From Eledone cirrhosa (lineage: Eukaryota): a stretch of DNA of 64,000 bases. The number at the start of each line of letters is the position of its first letter. The stretch's first letter is position 1. The notes below the pieces were generated by a model that did no database searches, was not told where the DNA came from, and saw only the letters and a list, made by a program, of their open reading frames with translations. Of the stretch, positions 37,501 to 51,498 are shown piece after piece. The DNA is taken from contig OZ024740.1 in the NCBI GenBank assembly GCA_964016885.1, positions 430,404,001 to 430,468,000 on the forward strand, written 5' to 3'. Position numbers and translations under genes: made by a program.

Positions 37501-38388
37501 TTTGACAAGTTGTAGTGCACCTGAGCACTTTACACAATAATTTCATTATTATTATAAATATACTTTTCAAGGAGGGAAGCGGATAGTAAAAAATGTATGA
37601 CATTTGATATGATGACCAAAGGTGTAAGGTGTTCAGGATTGCAAGGCAGTATGTCAGGGAAAATAGTGATGTTGTCGGAGAGAAGTATGTTCATGATGAT
37701 GATGGTGCACATGCACTCACTGAAACTGAAAAGAAGACAGCAGGGAATTGTCATTATGAGAAACTGATGAATGAGGAAAATGTATGGGAGGAAGATAGCC
37801 TGCCCCAAGTGAACCTACAGAGAGACCAGTGGTACAAGTTAGTAGCAGTGTAGTAAGGCAATTAAGGACATGAAAACTGGCAAAGCAGTGGGGCCATCGG
37901 GAATGTTTGTTGAGCTGCTGAAAGTATCTGGGATTGTAGGGCACATCATAACCACCCATTTTGTTAACCAAGTAATACAAAATGGTGCTATGGCATAGCA
38001 GCAGCATCATCAATTGCTACAAGGGTAAATGTGATGCTCTAAACAGAAGGAACTACTAAGGCATCAAACTAATGGACCAGGTCATGAAAGTTACAAAAAG
38101 AGTCATAGTACAACTGATTAGGGAACAAATTAACCTAGATGAGATACCGTTCGGATTTGTGCCAGGAAAAGTACCATGGATACCCTCTTCCTTGTGAGGC
38201 AACAGTAGAAGAAGAATCTAGCTAAAAGCAAATCCCTCTACTTAGCATTTGTCAACCTAGAGAAAGCTTTTAACAGAGTTCCCTGTTCTGTAATCTGGTG
38301 GGCAACTAGGAGTAGAAGATTGGCTAGTGAGGGCAGTACAACCCATGCAAGCATGGAAAAACAGACATTAAAACAATGATGATGATCA
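34560..38388 (+). mobile_element. Decayed RTE LINE interrupted by CR1 (RTE pieces ~34560-34965 and ~37560-38388)
   Basis: TGEEYTSQYNLVVSD..RRRIWK upstream; VFRIARQ..RENSDVVG, KGKCDA, LAFVNLEKAFNRVP downstream. Confidence 0.7.
34970..37558 (+). mobile_element. CR1-group LINE, older subfamily, disrupted ORF2
   Basis: ORFs 34976-37402 are colinear with the 842-aa copy; stops, frameshifts, (ATT)n tail. Confidence 0.92.
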
Positions 38389-38555
38389 TGGCGGTATATA
38401 TTTGTTCTCATTCAATAAATTTTATTAATCAATTATTTTTAAAAGAATAAAAAGAAGCTGTAAAAATATAATTTTAACTTTAAGTTTAACAAAATTTTTC
38501 ATGTTTTTTTCTATTAAATGAACATAAATTGAAATTAAATATAAATGAAACTCAC

Positions 38556-38613
38556 TCCTGGCTTCGGTTGTTTGGTGAAATCCCTTTCCAACATAGCTTT
38601 TTCCTGTGTCAAG
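38556..38613 (-). CDS. CCDC146: CCDC146-like exon 4 (LTQEKAMLERDFTKQPKPG)
   Basis: ctgtag acceptor, GTGAGT donor, 58 nt; PKPG motif as in CCDC146. Confidence 0.85.
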
Positions 38614-39017
38614 CTACAGTAGAAATATTAATGACATAAAAAACAATAGCAATCATATATCAATATTAATGACCAGTAAATAGTATCAGCAATGGAAAGA
38701 ACAATGGAAACATTGTTTGCTTGGTCCAATTTGACGAGTTCCACCCCACTCGGTAAGCAAATGAGGTCTGAGATTTTGTCGATTGAACTTTGTTTGTCTG
38801 TCCATCAGAAACTGTGATGAGCACTGGCCAGATGAAGCACCAGGCATATGACAGACTTTAACCCTGTGATAGACTGGTGTCCTGTCCAGGGGGATGTCAT
38901 GTACTCTCAGTCACTTCACACCACAGAAGCTGGGATCAGTACTGGCCAGATTTTAGACATTTTTCTCTCTGCTGTCCCATGGTTGTCATCCATGTTCAAA
39001 TTCCATAAATAACGGCA

Positions 39018-41090
39018 CTTCTAACACATACACCATACACCTCCCCTTCTAACACATACACCATACACCTCCTCTTCTAACACATACACATCCCCTTCTA
39101 ACACATACACCATACACCTCCCCTAACACATACACCTCCCCTTCTAACACATACACCATACACCTCCCCTTCTAACACATACACCTCCCCTTCTAACACA
39201 TACACCTCACCTTCTAACACATACACCATACACCTCTTCTAACACATACACCTCCCCTTCTAACACATACACCATACACCTCTTCTAACACATACACCTC
39301 CCCTTCTAACACATACACCATACACCTCTTCTAACACATACACCTCACCTTCTAACACATACACCATACACCTCTTCTAACACATACACCTCCCCTTCTA
39401 ACACATACATCTCCCCTTCTAACACATACACCTCACCTTCTAACACATACACCATACACCTCTTCTAACACATACACCATACACCTCCCCTTCTAACACA
39501 TACACCTCCCCTTCTAACACATACACCTCACCTTCTAACACATACACCATACACCTCTTCTAACACATACACCTCCCCTTCTAACACATACACCATACAC
39601 CTCTTCTAACACATACACCTCCCCTTCTAACACATACACCATACACCTCTTCTAACACATACACCTCCCCTTCTAACACATACACCATACACCTCTTCTA
39701 ACACATACACCTCACCTTCTAACACATACACCATACACCTCTTCTAACACATACACCTCCCCTTCTAACACATACATCTCCCCTTCTAACACATACACCT
39801 CACCTTCTAACACATACACCATACACCTCTTCTAACACATACACCTCACCTTCTAACACATACACCATACACCTCTTCTAACACATACACCTCCCCTTCT
39901 AACACATACATCTCCCCTTCTAACACATACACCTCACCTTCTAACACATACACCTCCCCTTCTAACACATACACCTCACCTTCTAACACATACACCTCCC
40001 CTTCTAACACATACACCTCACCTTCTAACACATACACCTCACCTTCTAACACATACACCTCCCCTTCTAACACATACACCTCACCTTCTAACACATACAC
40101 CTCACCTTCTAACACATACACCATACACCTCTTCTAACACATACACCTCCCCTTCTAACACATACACCTCCCCTTCTAACACATACACCTCACCTTCTAA
40201 CACATACACCATACACCTCTTCTAACACATACACCTCCCCTTCTAACACATACACCTCCCCTTCTAACACATACACCTCCCCTTCTAACACATACACCTC
40301 CCCTTCTAACACATACACCTCACCTTCTAACACATACACCTCACCTTCTAACACATACACCATACACCTCTTCTAACACATACACCTCCCCTTCTAACAC
40401 ATACACCTCCCCTTCTAACACATACACCTCTTCTAACACATACACCTCCCCTTCTAACACATACACCTCCCCTTCTAACACATACACCATACACCTCCCC
40501 TAACACATACATCTCCCCTTCTAACACATACACCATACACCTCCCCTAACACATACACCTCCCCTTCTAACACATACACCTCCCCTTCTAACACATACAC
40601 CTCCCCTAACACATACACCTCCCCTTCTAACACATACACCATACACCTCCCCTAACACATACACCTCCCCTTCTAACACATACACCATACACCTCCCCTT
40701 CTAACACATACACCATACACCTCCCCTTCTAACACATACACCATACACCTCCCCTTCTAACACATACACCATACACCTCCCCTTCTAACACATACATCTC
40801 CCCTTCTAACACATACACAATACACCTCTCCTAACACATACACCTCCCCTTCTAACACATACACCTCACCTTCTAACACATACACCATACACCTCCTCTT
40901 CTAACACATACACCTCACCTTCTAACACATACACCTCCCCTTCTAACACATACACCATACACCTCCTCTTCTAACACATACACCTCACCTTCTAACACAT
41001 ACTCCATACACCTCCCCTTCTAACACATACACCTCCCCTTCTAACACATACACCTCCCCTTCTAACACATACACCATACACCTCCCCCTC
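39018..41090. repeat. ~2-kb satellite of 18-28-bp variant units (core ttctaacacatacacctcccc)
   Basis: Direct reading; essentially no G on the plus strand. Confidence 0.97.
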
Positions 41091-41172
41091 CAGTTTCACA
41101 TATACTCCCCCTTACCCACAATACCATGCTAAACCAACAACCAATAATACAACTAAAAGACAACAACTTTAC

Positions 41173-41388
41173 CATTCTATTTTAAATTCATAATGAAGAA
41201 TCCGTTCTCTCACTTCAGCATATTTGTTGTTGGCGTTCAACACTGATTCTCGTAAGTTGGTAGCTTCCATTGTTAAAGGGACATTCGAAGGGTATCTATT
41301 GGCTTCTTCGAGCTTTCTCACCAGTTTTTGGTGACTGCTACCATAGTTGGAACATTCGTCCTGTAGTTTGGATATGTTGTTGCTAGAT
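41173..41388 (-). CDS. CCDC146: CCDC146-like exon 3 (SSNNISKLQDEC...RILHYEFKIE)
   Basis: ctgtag acceptor, GTAAAG donor, 216 nt open in the required phase; lies between two satellites. Confidence 0.85.
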
Positions 41389-41439
41389 CTACAGAAACAA
41401 GAAATATCTTTTGATATGTGGTGTGGTAAATAAATATAT

Positions 41440-44400
41440 ATATACCCCAGGTCTCAACACAGAGGAACCAACCTCCCACTGTCACTGCCTCCGTCTCTCC
41501 CCATCTCTCATATATCCCAGGTCCCAACACAGAAGAACCAAGAACCAACCTCCCACTGCCTCTGTCTCTCTCCATCTCTCATATACCCCAGGTCCCAACA
41601 CAGAGGAACCAACCGCCCACTGTCACTGCCTCTGTCTCTCCCCATCTCTCATATACCCCAGGTCCCAACACAGAGGGACCAACCTCCCACTGCCTATGTC
41701 TCTCCCCATCTCTCATATACCCCAGGTCCCAACACAGAGGTACCAACCTCCCACTGCTTCTGTCTCTCCCCATCTCTCATATACCCCAGGTCCCAACACA
41801 GAGGAACCAACCTCCCACTGCCTCCGTCTCTTCCCATCTCTCATATACCCCAGGTCCCAACACAGAGGAACCAACCTCCCACTGCCTCTGTCTCACCCCA
41901 TCTCTCATATACCCCAGGTCCCAACACACAGGAACCAACCACCCACTGTCACTGCCTCCTTCTCTCCCCATCTCTCATATACCCCAGGTCCCAACACAGA
42001 GGAACCAACCGCCCATTGTCACTGCCTCTGTCTCTCCCCATCTCTCATATACTCCAGGTCCCAATACTGAGGAACCAACCTCCCACTGTCACTGCCTCCA
42101 TCTCTCCCCATCTCTCATATACCCCAGGTCCCAACACCCCACTGCCTCCATCTCTCCCCATCTCTCATATACCCCAGGACCCAACACAGAGGAACGAACC
42201 TCCCACTGCCTCCGTCTCCCCCATCTTTCATATACCCCAGGTCCAAACACAGAAGAACCAACCTCCCACTGCCTCCAAATCTCCCCATCTCTCATAAACC
42301 CCAGGTCCCAACACAGAGGAACGAACCTCCCACTGCCTCTGTCTCTCCCCATCTCTCATACACCACAGGTCCCAACAGAGGAACCAACCTCCCACTGTCT
42401 CTGTCTCTCCCCATCTCTCATTTACCCCAGGTCCCAACACAGAGGAACCAACCTCCCACTGCCTCTGTCTCTCCCCATCTCTCATATACCCCAGGTCCCA
42501 ACACAGAGGAACCAAACTCCCACTGTCACTGTTCCATCTCTCCCCATCTGTCATATCCCAGGACCCAACACAGAAGAACGAACCTCACACTGCCTCTGTC
42601 TCCCCCCATCTCTCATATACCTCAGGTCCCAACACAGAGGAACCAACCTCCCACTGCCTCCATCTCTCCCCATCTCTCATATACCCCAGGTCCCAACACA
42701 GAGGAACCAACCTCTCACTGCCTCCGTCTCTCCCCATCTCTCATATACCCCGGGTCCCAACACAGAGGAACCAACCACCCACTGTCACTGCCTCTGTCTC
42801 TCCCCATCTCTCATATACCCCAGGTCCCAACACAGAGGTACCAACCTCCCACTGCCTCTGTCTCTCCCCATCTCTCATATACCCCAGGTCCCAACACAGA
42901 GGAACCAACCTCCCACAATCACTACCTCTCCTCATCTCTCATATACCCCAGGTCCCAACACAAAGGAACCAACCTCCCACTGCCTCCATCTCTCCCCATC
43001 TCTCATATACACCAGATCCCAACACAGAGGAACCAACCTTCCACTGCCTCTGTCTCTCCCCAACTCTCATATACCCCAGGTCCCAACACAGAGGAACCAA
43101 CCTCCCACTGACTTCGTCTCTCCCCATCTCTCATATACCCCAGGTCCCAACGCAGAGGAACCAACTGCCCACTCTCACTGCCTCTGTCTCTCCCCATCTC
43201 TCATATACCCCAGGCCCAACACAGAGGGGCCAACCTCCCACTGCCTCTGTCTCTCCCCATCTCTCATATACCTCAGGTCCCAACACAGAGGAACCAACCA
43301 CCCGCTGTCACTGCCTCCGTCTCTCCCCATCTCTCATATACCCCAGGTTCAACACAGAGGAACCAACCTCCCACTGCCTCCGTCTCTCACCATCTCTCAT
43401 ATACCCCAGATCCCAACACAGAAGAACCAACCTCCCACTTCACTGCCTCCGTCTCTCCCCATCTCTCATATACCCCAGGTCCCAACACAGAGGAACCAAC
43501 TTCCCACTGCCTGTCTCTCCCCATCTCTCATATACCCCAGGTCCCAACACAGAGGAACCAACCTCCCACTGCTTCTGTCTCTCCCCATCTCTCATATACC
43601 CCAGGTCCCAACACAGAGGTACCAACCTCCCACTGTCTCTGTCTCTCCCCATCTCTCATATACCCCAGGTCCCAACACAGAGGTACCAACCTCCCACTGT
43701 CTCTGTCTCTCCCCATATCTCATATACCCCAGGTCCCAACACAGAGGTACCAACCTCCCACTGTCTCTGTCTCTCCCCATCTCTCATATACCCCAGGTCC
43801 CAACCTCCCACTGTCTCTGTCTCTTCCCATCTCTCATATACCCCAGGTCTCAACACAGAAGTACCAACCTCCCACTGTCTGTCTCTTCCCATCTCTCATA
43901 TACCCCAGGTCTCAACACAGAGGTACCAACCTCCCACTGTCTGTCTCTTCCCATCTCTCATATACCCCAGGTCCCAACACAGAGGTACCAACCTCCCACT
44001 GCCTCTGTCTCTCCCCATCTCTCATAACCCCAGGTCCCAACCTCCCACTGTCTCTGTCTCTCCCCATCTCTCATATACCCCATGTCCCAACACAGAGGTA
44101 CCGACCTCCCACTGCCTCTGTCTCTCCCCATCTCTCATATACCCCAGGTCCCAACACAGAGGTACCAACCTCCCACTGTCTCTGTCTCTCCCCATCTCTC
44201 ATATACCCCATGTCCCAACACAGAGGTACCAACCTCCCACTGCCTCTGTCTCTCCCCATCTCTCATATACCCCAGGTCCCAACACAGAGGAACCAACCTC
44301 CCACAATCACTACCTCTCCTCATCTCTCATATACCCCAGGTCCCAACACAAAGGAACCAACCTCCCACTGCCTCCATCTCTCCCCATCTCTCATATACAC

Positions 44401-47400
44401 CAGATCCCAACACAGAGGAACCAACCTTCCACTGCCTCTGTCTCTCCCCATCTCTCATATACCCCATGTCCCAACACAGAGGTACCAACCTCCCACTGTC
44501 TCTGTCCCTCCCCATCTCTCATATACCCCAGGTCCCAACACAGAGGTACCAACCTCCCACTGCCTCTGTCTCTCCCCATCTCTCATATACCCCAGGTCCC
44601 AACACAGAGGTACCAACCTCCCACTGTCTCTGTCTCTCCCCATCTCTCATATACCCCAGGTCCCAACACAGAGGTACCAACCTCCCACTGTCTCTGTCTC
44701 TCCCCACCTCTCATATACCCCAGGTCCCAACCTCCCACTGTCTCTGTCTCTTCCCATCTCTCATATACCCCAGGTCTCAACACAGAGGTACCAACCTCCC
44801 ACTGTCTGTCTCTTCCCATCTCTCATATACCTCAGGTCCCAACACAGAGGAACCAACCACCCGCTGTCACTGCCTCCGTCTCTCCCCATCTCTCATATAC
44901 CCCAGGTTCAACACAGAGGAACCAACCTCCCACTGCCTCCGTCTCTCACCATCTCTCATATACCCCAGGTCCCAACACAGAAGAACCAACCTCCCACTTC
45001 ACTGCCTCCGTCTCTCCCCATCTCTCATATACCCCAGGTCCCAACACAGAGGAACCAACTTCCCACTGCCTGTCTCTCCCCATCTCTCATATACCCCAGG
45101 TCCCAACACAGAGGAACCAACCTCCCACTGCTTCTGTCTCTCCCCATCTCTCATATACCCCAGGTCCCAACACAGAGGTACCAACCTCCCACTGTCTCTG
45201 TCTCTCCCCATCTCTCATATACCCCAGGTCCCAACACAGAGGTACCAACCTCCCACTGTCTCTGTCTCTCCCCATATCTCATATACCCCAGGTCCCAACA
45301 CAGAGGTACCAACCTCCCACTGTCTCTGTCTCTCCCCATCTCTCATATACCCCAGGTCCCAACCTCCCACTGTCTCTGTCTCTTCCCATCTCTCATATAC
45401 CCCAGGTCTCAACACAGAAGTACCAACCTCCCACTGTCTGTCTCTTCCCATCTCTCATATACCCCAGGTCTCAACACAGAGGTACCAACCTCCCACTGTC
45501 TGTCTCTTCCCATCTCTCATATACCCCAGGTCCCAACACAGAGGTACCAACCTCCCACTGCCTCTGTCTCTCCCCATCTCTCATAACCCCAGGTCCCAAC
45601 CTCCCACTGTCTCTGTCTCTCCCCATCTCTCATATACCCCATGTCCCAACACAGAGGTACCGACCTCCCACTGCCTCTGTCTCTCCCCATCTCTCATATA
45701 CCCCAGGTCCCAACACAGAGGTACCAACCTCCCACTGTCTCTGTCTCTCCCCATCTCTCATATACCCCATGTCCCAACACAGAGGTACCAACCTCCCACT
45801 GCCTCTGTCTCTCCCCATCTCTCATATACCCCAGGTCCCAACACAGAGGAACCAACCTCCCACAATCACTACCTCTCCTCATCTCTCATATACCCCAGGT
45901 CCCAACACAAAGGAACCAACCTCCCACTGCCTCCATCTCTCCCCATCTCTCATATACACCAGATCCCAACACAGAGGAACCAACCTTCCACTGCCTCTGT
46001 CTCTCCCCATCTCTCATATACCCCAGGACCCAACACAGAGGTACCAACCTCCCACTGTCTCTGTCTCTCTCCATCTCTCATATACCCCAGGTCCCAACAC
46101 AGAGGTACCAACCTCCCACTGTCTCTGTCTCTCCACATCTCTCATTTACCCCAGGTCCCAACACAGAGGTACCAACCTCCCACTGTCTCTGTCTCTCCCC
46201 ATCTCTCATTTACCCCAGGTCCCAACACAGAGGTACCAACCTCCCACTGTCTCTGTCTCTCCCCATCTCTCATTTACCCCAGGTCCCAACACAGAGGAAC
46301 CAACCTCCCACTGTGTCTGTCTCTCCCCATCTCTCATTTACCCCAGGTCCCAACACAGAGGTACCAACCTCCCACTGTCTCTGTCTCTCCCCATCTCTCA
46401 TATACCCCATGTCCCAACACAGAGGTACCAACCTCCCACTGCCTCTGTCTCTCCCCATCTCTCATATACCCCAAGTCCCAACACAGAGGTACCAACCTCC
46501 CACTGTCTCTGTCTCTCCCCATCTCTCATATACCCCATGTCCCAACACAGAGGTACCAACCTCCCACTGTCTCTGTCCCTCCCCATCTCTCATATACCCC
46601 AGGTCCCAACACAGAGGTACCAACCTCCCACTGCCTCTGTCTCTCCCCATCTCTCATATACCCCAGGTCCCAACACAGAGGTACCAACCTCCCACTGTCT
46701 CTGTCTCTCCCCATCTCTCATATACCCCAGGTCCCAACACAGAGGTACCAACCTCCCACTGTCTCTGTCTCTCCCCACCTCTCATATACCCCAGGTCCCA
46801 ACCTCCCACTGTCTCTGTCTCTTCCCATCTCTCATATACCCCAGGTCTCAACACAGAGGTACCAACCTCCCACTGTCTGTCTCTTCCCATCTCTCATATA
46901 CCCCAGGTCTCAACACAGGTACCAACCTCCCACTGTCTGTCTCTTCCCATCTCTCATATACCCCAGGTCCCAACACAGAGGTACCAACCTCCCACTGCCT
47001 CTGTCTCTCCCCATCTCTCATATACCCCAGGTCCCAACACAGAGGTACCAACCTCCCACTGTCTCTGTCTCTCCCCATCTCTCATATACCCCAGGTCCCA
47101 ACACAGAGGTACCAACCTCCCACTGTCTCTGTCTCTCCCCACCTCTCATATACCCCAGGTCCCAACCTCCCACTGTCTCTGTCTCTTCCCATCTCTCATA
47201 TACCCCAGGTCTCAACACAGAGGTACCAACCTCCCACTGTCTGTCTCTTCCCATCTCTCATATACCCCAGGTCTCAACACAGAGGTACCAACCTCCCACT
47301 GTCTGTCTCTTCCCATCTCTCATATACCTCAGGTCCCAACACAGAGGAACCAACCACCCGCTGTCACTGCCTCCGTCTCTCCCCATCTCTCATATACCCC

Positions 47401-50042
47401 AGGTTCAACACAGAGGAACCAACCTCCCACTGCCTCCGTCTCTCACCATCTCTCATATACCCCAGGTCCCAACACAGAAGAACCAACCTCCCACTTCACT
47501 GCCTCCGTCTCTCCCCATCTCTCATATACCCCAGGTCCCAACACAGAGGAACCAACTTCCCACTGCCTGTCTCTCCCCATCTCTCATATACCCCAGGTCC
47601 CAACACAGAGGAACCAACCTCCCACTGCTTCTGTCTCTCCCCATCTCTCATATACCCCAGGTCCCAACACAGAGGTACCAACCTCCCACTGTCTCTGTCT
47701 CTCCCCATCTCTCATATACCCCAGGTCCCAACACAGAGGTACCAACCTCCCACTGTCTCTGTCTCTCCCCATATCTCATATACCCCAGGTCCCAACACAG
47801 AGGTACCAACCTCCCACTGTCTCTGTCTCTCCCCATCTCTCATATACCCCAGGTCCCAACCTCCCACTGTCTCTGTCTCTTCCCATCTCTCATATACCCC
47901 AGGTCTCAACACAGAAGTACCAACCTCCCACTGTCTGTCTCTTCCCATCTCTCATATACCCCAGGTCTCAACACAGAGGTACCAACCTCCCACTGTCTGT
48001 CTCTTCCCATCTCTCATATACCCCAGGTCCCAACACAGAGGTACCAACCTCCCACTGCCTCTGTCTCTCCCCATCTCTCATAACCCCAGGTCCCAACCTC
48101 CCACTGTCTCTGTCTCTCCCCATCTCTCATTTACCCCATGTCCCAACACAGAGGTACCGACCTCCCACTGCCTCTGTCTCTCCCCATCTCTCATATACCC
48201 CAGGTCCCAACACAGAGGTACCAACCTCCCACTGTCTCTGTCTCTCCCCATCTCTCATATACCCCATGTCCCAACACAGAGGTACCAACCTCCCACTGCC
48301 TCTGTCTCTCCCCATCTCTCATATACCCCAGGTCCCAACACAGAGGAACCAACCTCCCACAATCACTACCTCTCCTCATCTCTCATATACCCCAGGTCCC
48401 AACACAAAGGAACCAACCTCCCACTGCCTCCATCTCTCCCCATCTCTCATATACACCAGATCCCAACACAGAGGAACCAACCTTCCACTGCCTCTGTCTC
48501 TCCCCATCTCTCATATACCCCAGGACCCAACACAGATGTACCAACCTCCCACTGTCTCTGTCTCTCTCCATCTCTCATATACCCCAGGTCCCAACACAGA
48601 GGTACCAACCTCCCACTGTCTCTGTCTCTCCACATCTCTCATTTACCCCAGGTCCCAACACAGAGGTACCAACCTCCCACTGTCTCTGTCTCTCCCCATC
48701 TCTCATTTACCCCAGGTCCCAACACAGAGGTACCAACCTCCCACTGTCTCTGTCTCTCCCCATCTCTCATTTACCCCAGGTCCCAACACAGAGGAACCAA
48801 CCTCCCACTGTGTCTGTCTCTCCCCATCTCTCATTTACCCCAGGTCCCAACACAGAGGTACCAACCTCCCACTGTCTCTGTCTCTCCCCATCTCTCATAT
48901 ACCCCATGTCCCAACACAGAGGTACCAACCTCCCACTGCCTCTGTCTCTCCCCATCTCTCATATACCCCAAGTCCCAACACAGAGGTACCAACCTCCCAC
49001 TGTCTCTGTCTCTCCCCATCTCTCATATACCCCATGTCCCAACACAGAGGTACCAACCTCCCACTGTCTCTGTCCCTCCCCATCTCTCATATACCCCAGG
49101 TCCCAACACAGAGGTACCAACCTCCCACTGCCTCTGTCTCTCCCCATCTCTCATATACCCCAGGTCCCAACACAGAGGTACCAACCTCCCACTGTCTCTG
49201 TCTCTCCCCATCTCTCATATACCCCAGGTCCCAACACAGAGGTACCAACCTCCCACTGTCTCTGTCTCTCCCCACCTCTCATATACCCCAGGTCCCAACC
49301 TCCCACTGTCTCTGTCTCTTCCCATCTCTCATATACCCCAGGTCTCAACACAGAGGTACCAACCTCCCACTGTCTGTCTCTTCCCATCTCTCATATACCC
49401 CAGGTCTCAACACAGAGGTACCAACCTCCCACTGTCTGTCTCTTCCCATCTCTCATATACCCCAGGTCCCAACACAGAGGTACCAACCTCCCACTGCCTC
49501 TGTCTCTCCCCATCTCTCACATACCCCAGGTCCCAACACAGAGGTACCAACCTCCCACTGTCTCTGTCTCTCTCCATCTCTCATATACCCCAGGTCCCAA
49601 CACAGAGGTACCAACCTCCCACTGTCTCTGTCTCTCCCCATCTCTCATTTACCCCAGGTCCCAACACAGAGGTACCAACCTCCCACTGTCTCTGTCTCTC
49701 TCCATCTCTCATATACCCCAGGTCCCAACACAGAGGTACCAACCTCCCACTGTCTCTGTCTCTCCCCATCTCTCATTTACCCCAGGTCCCAACACAGAGG
49801 TACCAACCTCCCACTGTCTCTGTCTCTCTCCATCTCTCATATACCCCAGGTCCCAACACAGAGGTACCAACCTCCCACTGTCTCTGTCTCTCCCCATCTC
49901 TCATTTACCCCAGGTCCCAACACAGAGGTACCAACCTCCCACTGTCTCTGTCTCTCTCCATCTCTCATTTACCCCAGGTCCCAACACAGAGGAACCTAAC
50001 CCCCCCACTGCCTCCGTCTCCCCTGCTCTCCCCATATCTCAC
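41440..50042. repeat. ~8.6-kb satellite of 64-bp units with higher-order repeats
   Basis: Unit ccccaggtcccaacacagaggtaccaacctcccactgtctctgtctctccccatctctcatata; variant blocks recur at 1559-bp and 2497-bp offsets. Confidence 0.97.
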
Positions 50043-50664
50043 TATTGTGACCAAATAGAGGCTCGTGCGCTGGCCACCGCACGGCCCCAGCAAACAAAAT
50101 AGAAGCGATGTTTGGCGAGAGGGTGTGAGGGAGACCCGCTGTCACAGCCATTCCAGCTTGCGAGTCTCACACGTGTGGGTAGCCAACTGTATGCCGGTGG
50201 TGGGGAAGTGGAGATTATTATTGGCAGTATTGGTAGAGCATCAGACACCATTCTTCTCTAGAGTTATGGCCCTTTGTGTTCTGAGTTCAAATCCCACCAA
50301 GGTTAGCTTTGCCTTTCATCCTTACGGGATCAATAAAATAAAACACCAGTAATGCACTGGAGTCAATTTAATCGACTATCCCTTCCCCCAAAATTGCTGG
50401 CCTTGTGCCTAAAGTAGAAACAATTATTATTGTTATAAGGGGCGGTGGATTGGCGGTATCGGTAGATGGTCAGACGCCATGCTTTCATGCATAGAGTTAC
50501 GGCCCTTTCCATTCTGATTTCAAATCCCGCCGAGGTTAACTTTGCCTTTCATCCTTACGGGGTCGATAAAATAAAGTACCAGTAATGTAGTGGGGTAATT
50601 GCTGGCCTTGTGCCAAAAGTAGAAACAATTATTATTGTCGTAAGATTGGGCAGCAGCAACTTAC

Positions 50665-50747
50665 TCAGTCAGAATTTTCTTCATCTGTAAATATTTATTT
50701 TTTAAATAAGCTGCTTTTGCTGCTGTAATTTCACCCTCACTGTGAAG
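50665..50747 (-). CDS. CCDC146: CCDC146-like exon 2 (LHSEGEITAAKAAYLKNKYLQMKKILT)
   Basis: ttctag acceptor, GTAAGT donor, 83 nt, phase matches neighbours; resembles the LH..G......A.LK.KY motif of CCDC146. Confidence 0.85.
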
Positions 50748-50794
50748 CTAGAAATACATTTATAGAAATGACATTATTAACACTTTCATTACCA

Positions 50795-50830
<36 letters not shown>

Positions 50831-51455
50831 CGGCGGCGCTGGTGGTGGTGGTGGTGTTGTTGGTGGTTGTAGTGGTGGTGGTGGTGGTGGTGATGGCGGT
50901 GTTGTTGGTGGTGGCGGTGGCGGTGGTGGCGGCGGCGCTGGTGGTGGTGTTGTTGGTGGTTGTAGTGGTGGTGGTGGTGGTGGTGATGGCGGTGTTGTTG
51001 GTGGTGGCGGCGGCGCTGGTGGTGGTGGTGGTGTTGTTGGTGGTTGTAGTGGTGGTGGTGGTGGTGATGGCGGTGTTGTTGGTGGTGGTGGTGTTGGCGG
51101 TGGCGGTGGTGGCGGCGGCGCTGGTGGTTGTGGTGGTGGTGGTGGTGGTGTTGTTGGTGGTTGTAGTGGTGGTGGTGCTGGGGTTGTGGTGGTGGTGGTG
51201 CTGGGGTTGTGGTGGTGGTGGTGTTGGTGGTGGTAGTTGTGGTGGTGGTGGTGTTGGTGGTGGTAGTTGTGGTGGTGGTGGTGGTGGTGGTGGTGGTGAT
51301 GATGTTGGTAGTGGTGGTGGTGATAGCTGTGGTGGTGGTGGTGGTGGTTGTAGTGGTGGTGGTGGTGCTGTTGGTAGCGGTGATGGTGTTGGCGGCAATT
51401 GAGGTGATGGTGGTGGTTGTGGTCATCGTCGTGGTTATGATAATGATGATGATAT
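50795..51455. repeat. Compound trinucleotide microsatellite (TAG/GGT/GGC/TGT/GAT) filling the first coding intron
   Basis: Direct reading. Confidence 0.95.
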
Positions 51456-51498
51456 CCCTGATGTAATAGATACAGAATAAAACAGGAATACTTCTCAC

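Noticed and set aside
39846-40124. (EGEVYVL)n ORF
   Set aside because: Translation of the 21-bp satellite.
41440-50042. CRISPR-like regular array
   Set aside because: Contiguous tandem units with no unique spacers, no cas genes, eukaryotic context.
44082-50102. Very long ORFs (1333, 1452, 1429, 654 aa) in all three plus-strand frames
   Set aside because: They result from a stop-free 64-bp satellite cycling through frames; the region is intronic and antisense to the host gene.
50043-50215. GC-rich unique segment at the satellite's right edge
   Set aside because: No recognisable ORF, termini or RNA fold; cannot be assigned without a search.
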